Shown: piece after piece, positions 10,208 through 20,633 of the stretch
How positions within the stretch are numbered: the stretch's first letter is position 1
Layout: each line of letters opens with the position of its first letter
NCBI GenBank assembly: GCA_963823665.1
Contig: CAWGMQ010000003.1
Span: forward strand, 1,312,001 to 1,376,000
Length of the DNA: 64,000 nt
DNA from: an uncultured Planctomycetota bacterium
Lineage (GTDB): Bacteria; Planctomycetota; Planctomycetia; Isosphaerales; Isosphaeraceae
Reading direction: 5' to 3'
Notes under the pieces: model-generated
Database searches by the model: none
Told to the model about the DNA's origin: nothing
The model's input: the letters and a program-made list of their open reading frames with translations, nothing else
Translations under genes and position numbers: made by a program

Positions 10208-12111
10208 ATGACGGGCCGAAGTGCAGCAGGAAGGCTTTCACCGGAGATCCGCTCGCTCTGGAGCTTCGGAGCGGTGGGGCTGAAGTCTGACCGCGATTTG
10301 CTCGAGAACTACATTCAAGGCGGCGACAAAGCCGAGCTGGCTTTCGGTGCACTGGTTGAGCGACATGGGCGGACCGTGCTCCGGGTATGCCGCAACGTTT
10401 TGGGGGACTGCCACCTCGCGGCGGATGCGTTTCAGGTGACGTTCCTGATCCTGGCTCGTCGGGCTGATTCCATTCGTGACCCCGCCTCGCTGGAACATTG
10501 GCTCCATCGCGTGGCGCGGCGCGTCGCCATTCGCGCGAGGGCCGCCGCCGACCGCAGGAAGCTCGGGCAATTTGTTAACTCCGCCGATATTCCCGTCAAT
10601 CATCCTGATCCACTCGAACACGACGAGATTCGCGCGATCGTCCGCGAGGAAATCGACCGTCTCGACGACGCCCTGCGCAAGCCGATCGAGCTTTGCGCCC
10701 TCGAGGGCTTCACGCACGAGGAGGCCGCCAAGCGGCTCCAATGGCCGGTCGGAACGGTCAAGAGCCGGCTGGTGCGCGGCCGCCGGCAATTGAAGGGCCG
10801 GCTGGCGCGCCGAGGGCTGCGCCTGCTCTCGCACTGGCCATCGCAGGCCGAGCTCGAGCGTCGAGTTTGGTCACATGCCCGCGCGCGCTGGCCGGGGCCA
10901 CAACTCAGGTTGTGTTCGGTAGCATGACCGGTGCGGGCGCGTACACGAACTCGGCCGCCTGTCTGCTGGGCCAGGAGCTCAGGGCCATGACGTACATGAA
11001 GTTCAAGATCGCTGCCGCAAGTCTCATCGGCGCCGTCGCGGTGATGTTGATTGGCGTTGCCATGGCCCGCTCGTTCGGGCAGCACCGTCCACCGCTCGCG
11101 GCGCAATCGCCCGGCGCCAAGGGGATTTCCATTGAAGCGACGAAGGCGTCTCAATCCGAGCATGAGAACGCTGGCGCGGCGGTCAAGCTGGCGGCTCATG
11201 GGCGAGTCGTGGATGCCGCCGGCCGGCCGGTCGCCGGGGCGACCGTATTCATTCGCGAGTGGGCGATCAAACGGACGATGGGAATGCCGGCGCACGAGAG
11301 CGAAAAACTCTGGCGCGGTGAGGAGATCGCCGACATCCTGGCCCAGAACACGACCGACGAGAATGGACGGTTTCGGTTCCAGAACGTCGATGCACCCCCA
11401 TTCCGCCACATTTCCGTTGCCGGCAAGGGATACTATCCTTGGGATCTCGTGGCGATGGCACCCGGTCATGGCGTTGCCTGGACACAGCTCACCAGAGCGA
11501 ATCAGCAATCCGAAATCAGTCTACGACTCCCCGTGGAGGAAACACTGCGCGGACGGCTGGTCGAGCCCGGAGGTAAGCCGATCGCCGGGGCGCGGATCAA
11601 AGTCTTCGGGGTCTATCCGCTCGGCCACCTGGACGCCAGAGCCGAAGACGAGCCTGTGCACCTGGACCTGACCTGGTCATCAATTCCGCTTGTCACTTCG
11701 AGCGGCGCGGACGGCGCGTTCACGCTGCGCGGTCTCCCCCGTGAGATCCAGACTTGCCTGGTCATCACGGATCCACACCATGAGCGTACACTTCTCTACG
11801 CCGCGACGACGCGGCAGCCGCAGCCCGACGTCTCCGACTATCCGGGTCAGTCAAGGGCGGACCGCAATCGGGTCTATCCCGAGGACTTCACGCTCACGCT
11901 CAAATCGAGCGATCATCGCCTTGTCGGCCGTGCGCTGCTCGAGGCCAGCGGTGAGCCGGCGGCTGGCACACGCGTGACCTGGAAGCACGGCGATTGCACA
12001 GCCGATGGCGACGGCAGGTTCGTGCTCGAGAATCTACCCGCCGGGGATATCGATCTGCACCTGGCGGCGCCCCTGCCCGACGTCGACGATCGGCTGCGGG
12101 GCATTGAATGA
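10208..12111 (+). CDS. ECF sigma factor with long C-terminal extension (TM + carboxypeptidase-regulatory-like repeats); frameshift near 10820, possibly 3'-truncated
   Basis: AFGALVERHG..DAFQVTFLILAR (sigma2); WPVGTVKSRLVRGR (sigma4); GRVVDAAGRPVAGATV and TTDENGRFRF repeats. Confidence 0.85.
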
Positions 12112-12136
12112 CGCATCCACGCGGTTTTCCCGGCGA

Positions 12137-12946
12137 TCAGTCGAGGAACGCGAGATTCTGCATTGACTTTGCCTGGTTTTCGGTGTTCATGAGCACCTGG
12201 TGCCAGTCATGCAAAATGATCGTGCGATGGTCGGCGTGGCGAACCCTGCCCCGCACATACACGCCCATATTGCGCCGCATGCTCTGCCAGCCCCAGGAGA
12301 CTGCCCTTGGGTTGGCGGTGACAATGCGGCGATATTCGTGTTCCGTCACTCCGCCGGGGTGACGCCGGCAGACGTACACCGACTCACCACCCGTGCGGTA
12401 GCAGAAGTCGACCCAGTGCGGCTTGCTGCCATTGCCGCGGCTCAAAGGCTCGTTGCGGAGCACGAGCTGCTCGCTGACATGCATGTCTTTGACCGGCAGG
12501 AAAAACCACTCGCCCTGACGGCGGTATGCGGCGTTCTTGCGCCGGTTGCGAGCTTCCGCGCGAAGCCCCGCTCGTTCCTGAGCCATAACCACGTCGGGAG
12601 GCTTGAGCGCCTCCTTCGCCTGGCGCACCGTACCGACCGGTGCCGACTCGGGGATCGCCGCGACGAACCAGTGCCGTTCATCGTGGCCGCAGAGGAACTT
12701 GCGCTTCTCGCCCGCCTCTCGAACCAGAAGCAGCAGGTGCCGCTCGGCTGGCTGAACGTCGAGAACCGCCACTTCGGGATCTGCCGCGGGCGATTTGATG
12801 ACCTCGAAGAACTCCCCTTCGCGGTCCTCTCGCACATCCAACGTGATCGCGCCCGATGCGGCTCGCCTTCGATTCGACGGTCGATCGGCAACCTTCAGGC
12901 GGGCGCCGATCCTGGTGAACTTCGTGAGCAGGTTGCTGGTGTCCAT
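12137..12946 (-). CDS. Hypothetical protein, His-rich (CGHDERHWF, RQGEWFF, RHADH)
   Basis: 269-aa ORF with AAGGAG RBS and globular composition. Confidence 0.8.
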   Translation of the reverse strand: MDTSNLLTKFTRIGARLKVADRPSNRRRAASGAITLDVREDREGEFFEVIKSPAADPEVAVLDVQPAERHLLLLVREAGEKRKFLCGHDERHWFVAAIPESAPVGTVRQAKEALKPPDVVMAQERAGLRAEARNRRKNAAYRRQGEWFFLPVKDMHVSEQLVLRNEPLSRGNGSKPHWVDFCYRTGGESVYVCRRHPGGVTEHEYRRIVTANPRAVSWGWQSMRRNMGVYVRGRVRHADHRTIILHDWHQVLMNTENQAKSMQNLAFLD

Positions 12947-13012
12947 GGCCGCGTCTCCTTGAGATAGGAGACACCTGCACCGAGATCAGGTTCGCGGCCC
13001 AAGCGCTCTTCC

Positions 13013-14155
13013 TCACAATCTCCAAACTTTCACTTCACCTTCCAGGTCGCCCGAGGCCAGAATGCCGGTCTCATGCTGGACGTCAATGCACGTCACCTGG
13101 TCGGCGTGTGCATCCCAGTAGTCGAGCTCTTCGCCCGTCGCGGCGTCGAGTACCGTGATCAGGCCGATGCCTTCCGGGACGAAAAGCCAGCGTCGGCCAG
13201 GATGGAACGCGACGGGGCGTGTGGCGATAGGCCACGGCGCCGGCAGCACGGCGGCGACGAGGTCGTCGTCAAACTCGATCTTTCGGACGAACCTCGTGCG
13301 CAAGGACGGAAAATCGTGGACGCTTACCGCGATCGACCGCGGACCGGACGCGGGTATCTCGCCGGTGAGCGCGAACGCGTCACAGGCGGGGCTGAAGACC
13401 ATTGCGTTCACCTTGACCATCGTCGGGACAAACCAGCCCGGCTCCTGCTCCTGGTCGCTCACTTTGAGTCGCGGCCGATTCCACCCGGTGGCATTCCCTT
13501 CAAGCTCGAACCGCGCGAGTCCGTTCGCGAAGCGAATCGTCGCGCCATCTTTATCGTTACACACAAAGGCGAGCAGTTCCTTTCGTGGGTGATGGGCTAA
13601 GGGTGCAAAACCAAGCCAAAGCCAGCAGATGCTCGCACCTCGATCAAACTCAAAGAAGTGAGATTCTTCGTACGCGGTCGGGCCCGCGACCAGGACACGG
13701 CCTCTTCCTGTGAATTCGAGCTGGTCGAAGCCCCGATGTTCAGGAGGGTATTCGCGGGCGGAGGTGTTCGGTCCGTGGCTCTCAACTGATTGGGCCCGTT
13801 CCCACGGATCCCCGATGGTGCGGACTAACTCGCCGTCCGATACGCGGTAGATCTCGATCGACCTACCCTCTCCGGCCGTCGCCAGGTGCACGCCATCGGG
13901 ATGGAACGCAACATCCCTGTCGAAGCGGTCCTTGCGAAACTGGTGCGCGCTGCCAGAGATGCTGAATTTTCGCACAGGCTGACGCTGTCTCCGCGGCCCC
14001 AGCCGCGCCACGCGCTCGAGGCAACCGAAGTCCCAGCCCCATAACACAGCCTCATCAATCGTTGCGGAAAAAGCCACGAAGCGACGGCGCGACGGATGCA
14101 CCTTGATCAACCCGATTGGAGCCCCCTGATTGTGAGCATGTAGAAGTCGCATCAT
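13013..14155 (-). CDS. WD40-repeat protein
   Basis: VAFHPDGVHLATAG; AHADQVTCID..ILASGDLEGEVKVW. Confidence 0.8.
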   Translation of the reverse strand: MMRLLHAHNQGAPIGLIKVHPSRRRFVAFSATIDEAVLWGWDFGCLERVARLGPRRQRQPVRKFSISGSAHQFRKDRFDRDVAFHPDGVHLATAGEGRSIEIYRVSDGELVRTIGDPWERAQSVESHGPNTSAREYPPEHRGFDQLEFTGRGRVLVAGPTAYEESHFFEFDRGASICWLWLGFAPLAHHPRKELLAFVCNDKDGATIRFANGLARFELEGNATGWNRPRLKVSDQEQEPGWFVPTMVKVNAMVFSPACDAFALTGEIPASGPRSIAVSVHDFPSLRTRFVRKIEFDDDLVAAVLPAPWPIATRPVAFHPGRRWLFVPEGIGLITVLDAATGEELDYWDAHADQVTCIDVQHETGILASGDLEGEVKVWRL

Positions 14156-14163
14156 GACGACTC

Positions 14164-14186
14164 ACAACTGACAACTGACAACTGAC
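14164..14186 (+). repeat. Heptamer tandem repeat (ACAACTG)x3
   Basis: acaactg acaactg acaactg ac in the intergenic region between the divergent WD40 gene and lpxB. Confidence 0.85.
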
Positions 14187-14287
14187 CAATCATCAACCTT
14201 CCCACTTTTCCGCTGTTCTGCTAGTGTGTGCCGCGCCCAGGGGATGGGTCAAATGTGAACGCAGCCGGCAAGGAAGCGGGTGACGCC

Positions 14288-15625
14288 ATGCAATTCTTCA
14301 TCTCTGCTGGTGAGCCAAGTGGTGATCTTCATGCCGCCAACCTGATTCGCTCGCTCCGCAAGTTATATCCCGACGCCCAGTTCACGGGCTTTGGCGGGGG
14401 CCAGATGAAAGAGGCCGGCGCGCGGTTGCTCTACCCGCTCGTCGACCTGGCCGTGATGTGGTTCCTGCACGTTTTCCTGAATCTCTTCACGTTCCTTCGG
14501 CTCGTCTTCGTGGCCGACCGCCATTTTCGCGACACCCGACCCGACGCGGTCGTGCTCGTCGATTACCCAGGACTGCACTGGTGGATCGCCCGCCGCGCCA
14601 AGGCGCGAGGCATTCCGGTCATCTATTTCGTCCCCCCCCAGATCTGGGCCTGGGCAGGCTGGCGCATCAAGAAGGTCAAGAAGTACGTCGACCTCGTCCT
14701 GTGCAGCCTTCCGTTCGAGCCCGAATGGTACCACTGCCCGCGGGTTCCACAACGCGATTTACGTCGGCCACCCGTACTTCGATGAGCTCAAGGACCGGCC
14801 GCTCGACGCAGATTTCCTCTCCGAGGAGCGCTCACGTTCCGGCGAGCTGGTATCGATCTTGCCCGGATCGCGGACACAGGAAGTCTTGCGGAACCTCCCC
14901 GAGATGATCCAGGCTGCGAACAAGATGGCGTTCCAGCGCCGGGCGTTCGCTTCGCCGTCGCCTGTTTGCACGAACGTCACAAGAAATTGGCCGAAGGGAT
15001 CCTCGCTGCTGTGATCGAGAAGGAGGGGCGCTCACCCGGGCTCGAGATCGACATCCACGCCGGCCGGACGCCCGAGCTGATCCGGCTGGCGCGCGTGGCC
15101 TGGGCCGTATCCGGGTCGGTCGGCCTCGAGCTGATGGTCGAAGCACTTCCCTCGGTCGTGGTGTACAAGATCCGGCGATTCGATCTCTGGGTGGCGAGGT
15201 TCTTCATCAAGGCCAGGTACATCAGCCTGGTGAATCTTCTGGCCGACACCGAGCTCTTCCCGGAGTACTTGACGTGGCGCGACGTGTCGGACGAGCTGGT
15301 TCGCTGGGCTTGTCGTGGCTCGACGATCCGACGGCGCGGCACGAAGCCCGAGAGGCACTTGCAACCTTGCGCCACCACGTGGCGCGGCCGGGCGCAGCCG
15401 ACCGCGCGGCGGAATCGCATCGTTTCATGGCTCGCGCAGAAGCCGGGAGCCGACCTCCGGCCACGCAGAAAAAACCAACGATCACCCCACTTCTACCGGC
15501 CTGAGCGACGACTCCGGCCCGACCCGACAGCAGACCCGGAGATGCGCGGCGCGCTAGGCGGCCCACCTGGCAGATACCGTCCAGGACGACGTGAATGTAT
15601 GTACTCCTTGCCTCGATCAGGATGA
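14288..15625 (+). CDS. lpxB: Lipid-A-disaccharide synthase (3-4 frameshifts; 3' end uncertain, 15504 or 15625)
   Basis: MQFFISAGEPSGDLHAA; VDYPG; PPQIWAWAGWR; LPFE; YVGHPYFD; LPGSR; YISLVNLLA...PEYL. Confidence 0.9.
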
Positions 15626-15650
15626 ATCGTTAAGGTCTCGCTCACCGAAC

Positions 15651-15713
15651 AAAAAAAGGGGAACGCCGAAAGGCCCCTGAGCACGGACGTGAAGGGGCTC
15701 TTTCGGCTTTCCC
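15651..15713 (-). terminator. Intrinsic terminator downstream of the PAS-AAA regulator
   Basis: Minus strand GGGAAAGCCGAAAGAGCCCCT...AGGGGCCTTTCGGCGTTCCCC long stem followed by a T7 tract. Confidence 0.75.
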
Positions 15714-15737
15714 ATGCGCAGAATGGGACGCCGGTTT

Positions 15738-15795
15738 GCCGACACGAGTGTCGCCTTGTGTGGACCGGTCGGCCGACACGCGTGTCGGCCCTACG
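15738..15795. repeat. GTAG-type REP palindrome plus a degenerate copy
   Basis: Perfect 20-bp palindrome GGCCGACACGCGTGTCGGCC (15771-15790) followed by CTAC; degenerate GCCGACACGAGTGTCGCC at 15738-15755. Confidence 0.7.
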
Positions 15796-15829
15796 TGCGA
15801 GTTTCCCATGTGCAGGGAGCGACGCCGGG

Positions 15830-17254
15830 TCAGGGCGTTTCGGGGGATTCGTCGCCCTCGTCGGGCATGTTGAGTTCTTTGATCCGGCGATAGAGACGCG
15901 GGCGGGAGATGCCGAGCAGATCGGCCGCTCGCGACTTCTTGCCTCGGGCGTGCTCGAGCGCGCGTTCGATCGCCCGCTGCTCGACCTCCGTCAAGAGCTG
16001 GTCCAGAGGCTTGATCGGGCTTCGCGCGGGTGGTGGTACGAAGGCACCGCCCAGGTTACCGCGAATCGACGCCGGCAGATCGTCCGCGTCCACGCAAGTG
16101 TGCCCGCTCGGGCTGGCGGCGTGGGCCTGGTCGATCACACGCGCGAGCTCATGCAAGTTCCCAGGCCAGTCGTAGCCGGAGAGGACCGCGAGTGCTTCCG
16201 GTGAGAATCCATCCTTTTGCACGCCGCCACGCTGATTGGCACGCTCGAGCATGTGCTGCGCCAGAATCGGCAGCTCGTCGCGGCGCTCGCGCAGCGGCCG
16301 CAGGCGCACGACGAGCGCGGTCAGAGCGAAATAGAAATCCGGCCGGATCCGCTCGCTCGCGAGTGCGGCATCGGGGTCGAGTACAGTCGTTCCGATCAGT
16401 CGCACGGAGCGATCCGGAGAAGCAAGCAGCCGTGCTTGAACATCGCGCGGCAGCGTGAGAATCTCGCGGAACAAGACAGTCGAGCCAGGAGCGAGCACCG
16501 ATCTTTGTCTGCCGGGAGAGCGGGCCGGCGACTCTTCCGGTGCTGGCGAATCTGTCACGCCTTGCGCGGCAAAGAGCTCGTTCTCGAGCATTTCGGCAGG
16601 AAGGGCTTCGGCGTCGAACGGAATGAACGGCCCGTTCCGCCCCGGTCCGTTCTGGTGGATAACCCGCGCGACGTGCCGCTTTCCGGTGCCCGCCTCGCCC
16701 AGGATCAGCACGGGCACTGTGGAGTCGGCAGCCAGGCGAACCTGCTCGAGCAACCGCCGATGGGCCGGACCGGAGCCCAGCAAGCTATCGAACCCCGCCT
16801 GTTTGTGAAGCTGGCGGCGGGTCTCCAGCAGCTCGACGTGGAGCCTGCCGGCCTCCGTATCGGGAACACTGTGGCCATCCTCTTCGCCGCGAACCACACC
16901 GAGCAGTCCGATCAGAGCGTCGTTTGCGTCGACGAAGGGCCAGTACTCGACCCGGCGCCAGATCCGCTCTCCGCTCGAGTGAAAGATCAGGACGGGGGTT
17001 CCGGCCGGCTTGCCTTTCAATGAGTCGGGGGGCGGGCGGAAACTCGCCGCCAGGTCGGCCGGATCATCGGCACGGGTCGGAGCGTGGGCGTGGCACGCCG
17101 TTCCCACGACCGATTCGGAGGTGTGGCCGGTCAACGTCTCCCAGGCTTCATTCACCCAGGCGATCCGGAGCTCCGAGTCCAGCCAGAAGGTCGGCTCGCG
17201 CGCCTTCTGCCAGAGTTCCGAGGGCACGAACTGGCTCGGCCGTGAGTGAGACAT
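15830..17254 (-). CDS. PAS + degenerate sigma54-activator-type AAA + Fis HTH regulator
   Basis: WVNEAWETLTG (PAS); VLILGEAGTGK; YDWPGN; KSRAADLLGISRPRLYRR; GAFTGA absent. Confidence 0.88.
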   Translation of the reverse strand: MSHSRPSQFVPSELWQKAREPTFWLDSELRIAWVNEAWETLTGHTSESVVGTACHAHAPTRADDPADLAASFRPPPDSLKGKPAGTPVLIFHSSGERIWRRVEYWPFVDANDALIGLLGVVRGEEDGHSVPDTEAGRLHVELLETRRQLHKQAGFDSLLGSGPAHRRLLEQVRLAADSTVPVLILGEAGTGKRHVARVIHQNGPGRNGPFIPFDAEALPAEMLENELFAAQGVTDSPAPEESPARSPGRQRSVLAPGSTVLFREILTLPRDVQARLLASPDRSVRLIGTTVLDPDAALASERIRPDFYFALTALVVRLRPLRERRDELPILAQHMLERANQRGGVQKDGFSPEALAVLSGYDWPGNLHELARVIDQAHAASPSGHTCVDADDLPASIRGNLGGAFVPPPARSPIKPLDQLLTEVEQRAIERALEHARGKKSRAADLLGISRPRLYRRIKELNMPDEGDESPETP

Positions 17255-17278
17255 GAGACCGTGTAGACCGAACGGTTG

Positions 17279-18085
17279 CTATCGCTTGCTGAATCGGCTC
17301 CAGGACCAAACCACCTGGCCGATGATGAGCTGCGGGTCGGCGCTACTGAAGTCGACCGGGATCAACGGGAAATCGCGGCCGCTGGTTTGATTCGGGCGCA
17401 GGATCACGTGTTTGCCGCTCAAGTCGAGCCAGCGAATCATCGGGACGCCCTCGGGGCGCGCGGCGACAATCTGGCCGTGGAGCTTGCGAGGATCGATGAC
17501 GGAGCGGTCGATGGCCACGATCGAGCCGGCGGGCAGGATCGGATGCATGGCATCGTCGGTCAATTGCGTGGCGATCGTCTCATTGGGATTGGGAAGCCAC
17601 TGCCGGTACGCCAGCACGTAACCTTCGAGCCGCGAGGGGTCAATCGGCTCGGTGCCAATCTCGGCGAGCGGGCAGAGCCGCACACCAACGAATTCGGAAG
17701 CGCTTTCGCCAGGCAGATTCTCGGCCGCCACCACCACGGAACTGCTGGGCGATCGTTCAAGCTCTTCCAGCCCGCGCCGGATCAATTCGACCGGGCTCAA
17801 CTGGGAAAGCATGCGCTCGTCGGTGGTGCGCCGGTACCGCTGACCTTCGCCGGTCAGCAGCCAGATGGGGTTGGCCCCCGTCTGCTCGATGAAGCCGAGA
17901 AGAACCTCGGCGGGCACGGTCACCCCGGTCTCGTAGTTGTACCAGGTTCTGGCGGGAAGGCCGAGACGACGCGCCAGCTCGGGCCCGCCGTGGTCGCCAA
18001 AGATCTCCTGCCGAATTTCTCTCAGCCGCCGCGATAACGACGCCTTGACGTTGACGCGGACTTTCGAAGTCTTCTTTCGTGCCAC
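17279..18085 (-). CDS. XRE HTH + S24-like domain regulator
   Basis: [19 protein letters not shown]...[11 protein letters not shown]-terminal [24 protein letters not shown]24-like fold; probable GTG start at 18085. Confidence 0.85.
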   Translation of the reverse strand: MARKKTSKVRVNVKASLSRRLREIRQEIFGDHGGPELARRLGLPARTWYNYETGVTVPAEVLLGFIEQTGANPIWLLTGEGQRYRRTTDERMLSQLSPVELIRRGLEELERSPSSSVVVAAENLPGESASEFVGVRLCPLAEIGTEPIDPSRLEGYVLAYRQWLPNPNETIATQLTDDAMHPILPAGSIVAIDRSVIDPRKLHGQIVAARPEGVPMIRWLDLSGKHVILRPNQTSGRDFPLIPVDFSSADPQLIIGQVVWSWSRFSKR

Positions 18086-18308
18086 GGTGCATGATCCCGC
18101 TCGCGGGAACTCCCTGGATTCCTGACGACCACGACCGACTTCGTCGCCTCGACGCGAATTGCGACCTACGGGTGGAACTGCGGGCTGCCGATCTGATTCA
18201 CCGTCACGCTCCACCAGCCATTCTGAGCAGAATCAGACCCGCACCAACCCTCTTAAGAAAACACGCTACCAAAAAAATCTCCGAGCGTCATCCGTGCTGC
18301 CACCGCGA

Positions 18309-18333
18309 TTGCGAAAATCCCACATTGTCGCAA
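18309..18333. promoter_or_regulatory. Candidate operator inverted repeat
   Basis: TTGCGAAAAT-N5-ATTGTCGCAA (9/10 IR) in the divergent intergenic region upstream of the XRE gene. Confidence 0.4.
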
Positions 18334-18606
18334 ATGGACAACATCGCTCATCGTCGGCGCGGGAGACGGGCTGGGCCCGCCTCGAGCGAGGTCGCAATGG
18401 AGTCCGCCGGAAATGGCAGCAGCCTCGTTCGCGACCAAACCCACAAGCGTTCGAGTCGCCGAGGTTTGCTTTAAGAAGGCGACGGCGCGATCTAACTCGA
18501 GGCGGTAGCCGATTGCTTTCACGAGATCGCTCGCGACAATCTGTTGCACAGCGCAGGCGGCAGGCACAGCCGGTTCGAGCGACTTGAGCAACCAGGGGAT
18601 CGATCC

Positions 18607-20523
18607 ATGTTCTCGAGAAACCGAGGCGTCATGACCGTGGCCGTGGTCATTCTTGGCGGGCTAGTCGGCCAGGAGCGGTTGCCGGTTGCGCGCGCCCAGG
18701 GGCCGAAGACGAGCTCGCGCGCGGCAGAATTCGACGCAGTGTTGCAGAAGAACGTGATGATCCCGATGCGGGATGGTGTTTCGCTCGCAGCCGACCTTTA
18801 TCGCCCTGGCCGCGACGGCAAGCCGGCGCCCGGGCGCTTCCCTGCGCTCCTGACGCGCACTCCGTACAACAAAGACGGTGCCGGCGGTGAAAGCCGCTAC
18901 TACGCGGAGCGCGGGTACGTGGTGGTCGCCAATGACGTGCGCGGCCGGTATGCCAGCGAAGGAACGTGGCGATTGATCGTGGATGACCCCGCTGATGGGT
19001 TCGACGTGGTGGAATGGATCGCGCGCCAGGAGTGGTCCGACGGCAAGGTCGGCACCTTCGGCACCAGTTACCCGGGAGGCACCCAGCACGCGCTCGCCGA
19101 GCTGAACCCGCCGCACCTGAGGGCGATGGTGCCGATCGATTCGGTATCGAACTGCGGCGTCAGCGGAATGCGCCATGGCGGGGCATTCGAGCTGCGATTC
19201 ATGAACTGGATCTTCCAGATCGGCGCACCAAACTCGAAGCTTGCGCTGGCCAATCCGGCCCTCCAGCAGGCGCTGGCCGAGAGCGGCCGGCGAATCCGCG
19301 ACCACGCCGACAGCCTGCCCGTCCGGCCGGGCAACACGCCTCTGCGAGTCGTGCCCGAATACGAATCGTGGCTGATCGAAGCGATGCGCAGCGGCCCCGA
19401 ATCCTCCTTCTGGCACAAGAAAGGAATGTCGGTGGTCGACCACGTCGCCGATTATGCCGATGTTCCCGTGCTCCACATCACCGGCTGGTACGATTCGTGG
19501 ACGCGCCAGGTGACGATGAACTACGAGGCCCTTTCCCGGACCAAGAAGTCTCCGCAGAAACTGGTGATCGGTCCGTGGACCCACGGCGGGCAAAACTCGA
19601 ACACCGCCGGGGAACTGGAATTCACGCGCGAGGCCGGCATCAACCTGCTGGCGCTGCGGCTGCGGTGGTACGATCGCTGGCTCAAAGACGACAAGAACGG
19701 CGCCCAAGACGATCCCGCCGTGCTGCTGTACGTCATGGGCACCGGCGACGACCGCCGCTCGCCCGGCGGCCGGCTCCGGCACGGCGGTTTCTGGCGCGGC
19801 GAGCGAGAGTGGCCCCTCGTACGAGCCCGCGCGACCACGCTTTACATGTCGGCCAGTGGCACTCTGGCCAGGAGCGCGCCCGAGTCGCAATCGGCTCACA
19901 CCACGTACACCTTTGACCCGCACCATCCCGTGCCGACTGTGGGAGGTAACATCTCCTCAAATCAGGGACTCATGACCAGCGGCGGTTATGACCAGCGGCC
20001 ACGCGAGGAAACCCATGCAACGGCGAACCGTCTGCCGCTCTCCGAACGCCAGGACGTCGTGGTTTTTCGCACCGAGCCGCTCGAAACCGACCTGGAAGTC
20101 ACGGGCACGACCCTGGTCAAGCTCTGGGTCTCCTCGACCGCGCCCGACACTGACTTCACGGCGAAGCTGATCGACGAGATCCCCCCGAACCCGGACTATC
20201 CACTGGGCTTCGACCTGAATCTGGGCGATTCCATTCTGCGAACCCGCTACCGCGAAGGCCTCGACCATCAGGCACCGCCGCTCGAGCCCGGCGAGATCGC
20301 CGAGATCACGATCACCCTTTACCCAAACTCCAACGTATTCAAGAAAGGCCACCGCATTCGCGTCGATGTATCAAGCAGTAATTATCCCCGCTTCGACGTG
20401 AACCCCAACACGGGCGAGCCGCTGGGCGAATATCGCCGCATGGTCCCCGCCGACAACACGATCCACCACGATCACGACCATCCGTCACAGGTGATTCTGC
20501 CGGTGATTCCGGGCGGGGCCTGA
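18607..20523 (+). CDS. CocE/NonD family (S15) hydrolase, exported
   Basis: IPMRDGVSLAADLYRP; RTPYNK; nucleophile motif GTSYPG; GWYD; GPWTH; SSSNYPRFDVNPNTG. Confidence 0.93.
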   Translation: MFSRNRGVMTVAVVILGGLVGQERLPVARAQGPKTSSRAAEFDAVLQKNVMIPMRDGVSLAADLYRPGRDGKPAPGRFPALLTRTPYNKDGAGGESRYYAERGYVVVANDVRGRYASEGTWRLIVDDPADGFDVVEWIARQEWSDGKVGTFGTSYPGGTQHALAELNPPHLRAMVPIDSVSNCGVSGMRHGGAFELRFMNWIFQIGAPNSKLALANPALQQALAESGRRIRDHADSLPVRPGNTPLRVVPEYESWLIEAMRSGPESSFWHKKGMSVVDHVADYADVPVLHITGWYDSWTRQVTMNYEALSRTKKSPQKLVIGPWTHGGQNSNTAGELEFTREAGINLLALRLRWYDRWLKDDKNGAQDDPAVLLYVMGTGDDRRSPGGRLRHGGFWRGEREWPLVRARATTLYMSASGTLARSAPESQSAHTTYTFDPHHPVPTVGGNISSNQGLMTSGGYDQRPREETHATANRLPLSERQDVVVFRTEPLETDLEVTGTTLVKLWVSSTAPDTDFTAKLIDEIPPNPDYPLGFDLNLGDSILRTRYREGLDHQAPPLEPGEIAEITITLYPNSNVFKKGHRIRVDVSSSNYPRFDVNPNTGEPLGEYRRMVPADNTIHHDHDHPSQVILPVIPGGA

Positions 20524-20560
20524 GCAGGCTGCGGGTTCGTGGGGTTGCGAGTCTCCGACC

Positions 20561-20620
20561 GTAGGGTGGGTGAAGCCCACCAACACATTCTGAAAGGCTG
20601 GTGGGTTTCGCCCACCCTAC
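20561..20620. repeat. GTAG-type REP inverted doublet (REPIN-like) between convergent genes
   Basis: GTAGGGTGGGTGAAGCCCACC...GGTGGGTTTCGCCCACCCTAC. Confidence 0.8.
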
Positions 20621-20633
20621 ACGGACGCCACGT

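Noticed and set aside
17279..18085. Prophage repressor marking a prophage
   Set aside because: No phage structural, replication or integrase genes; the neighbours are chromosomal.
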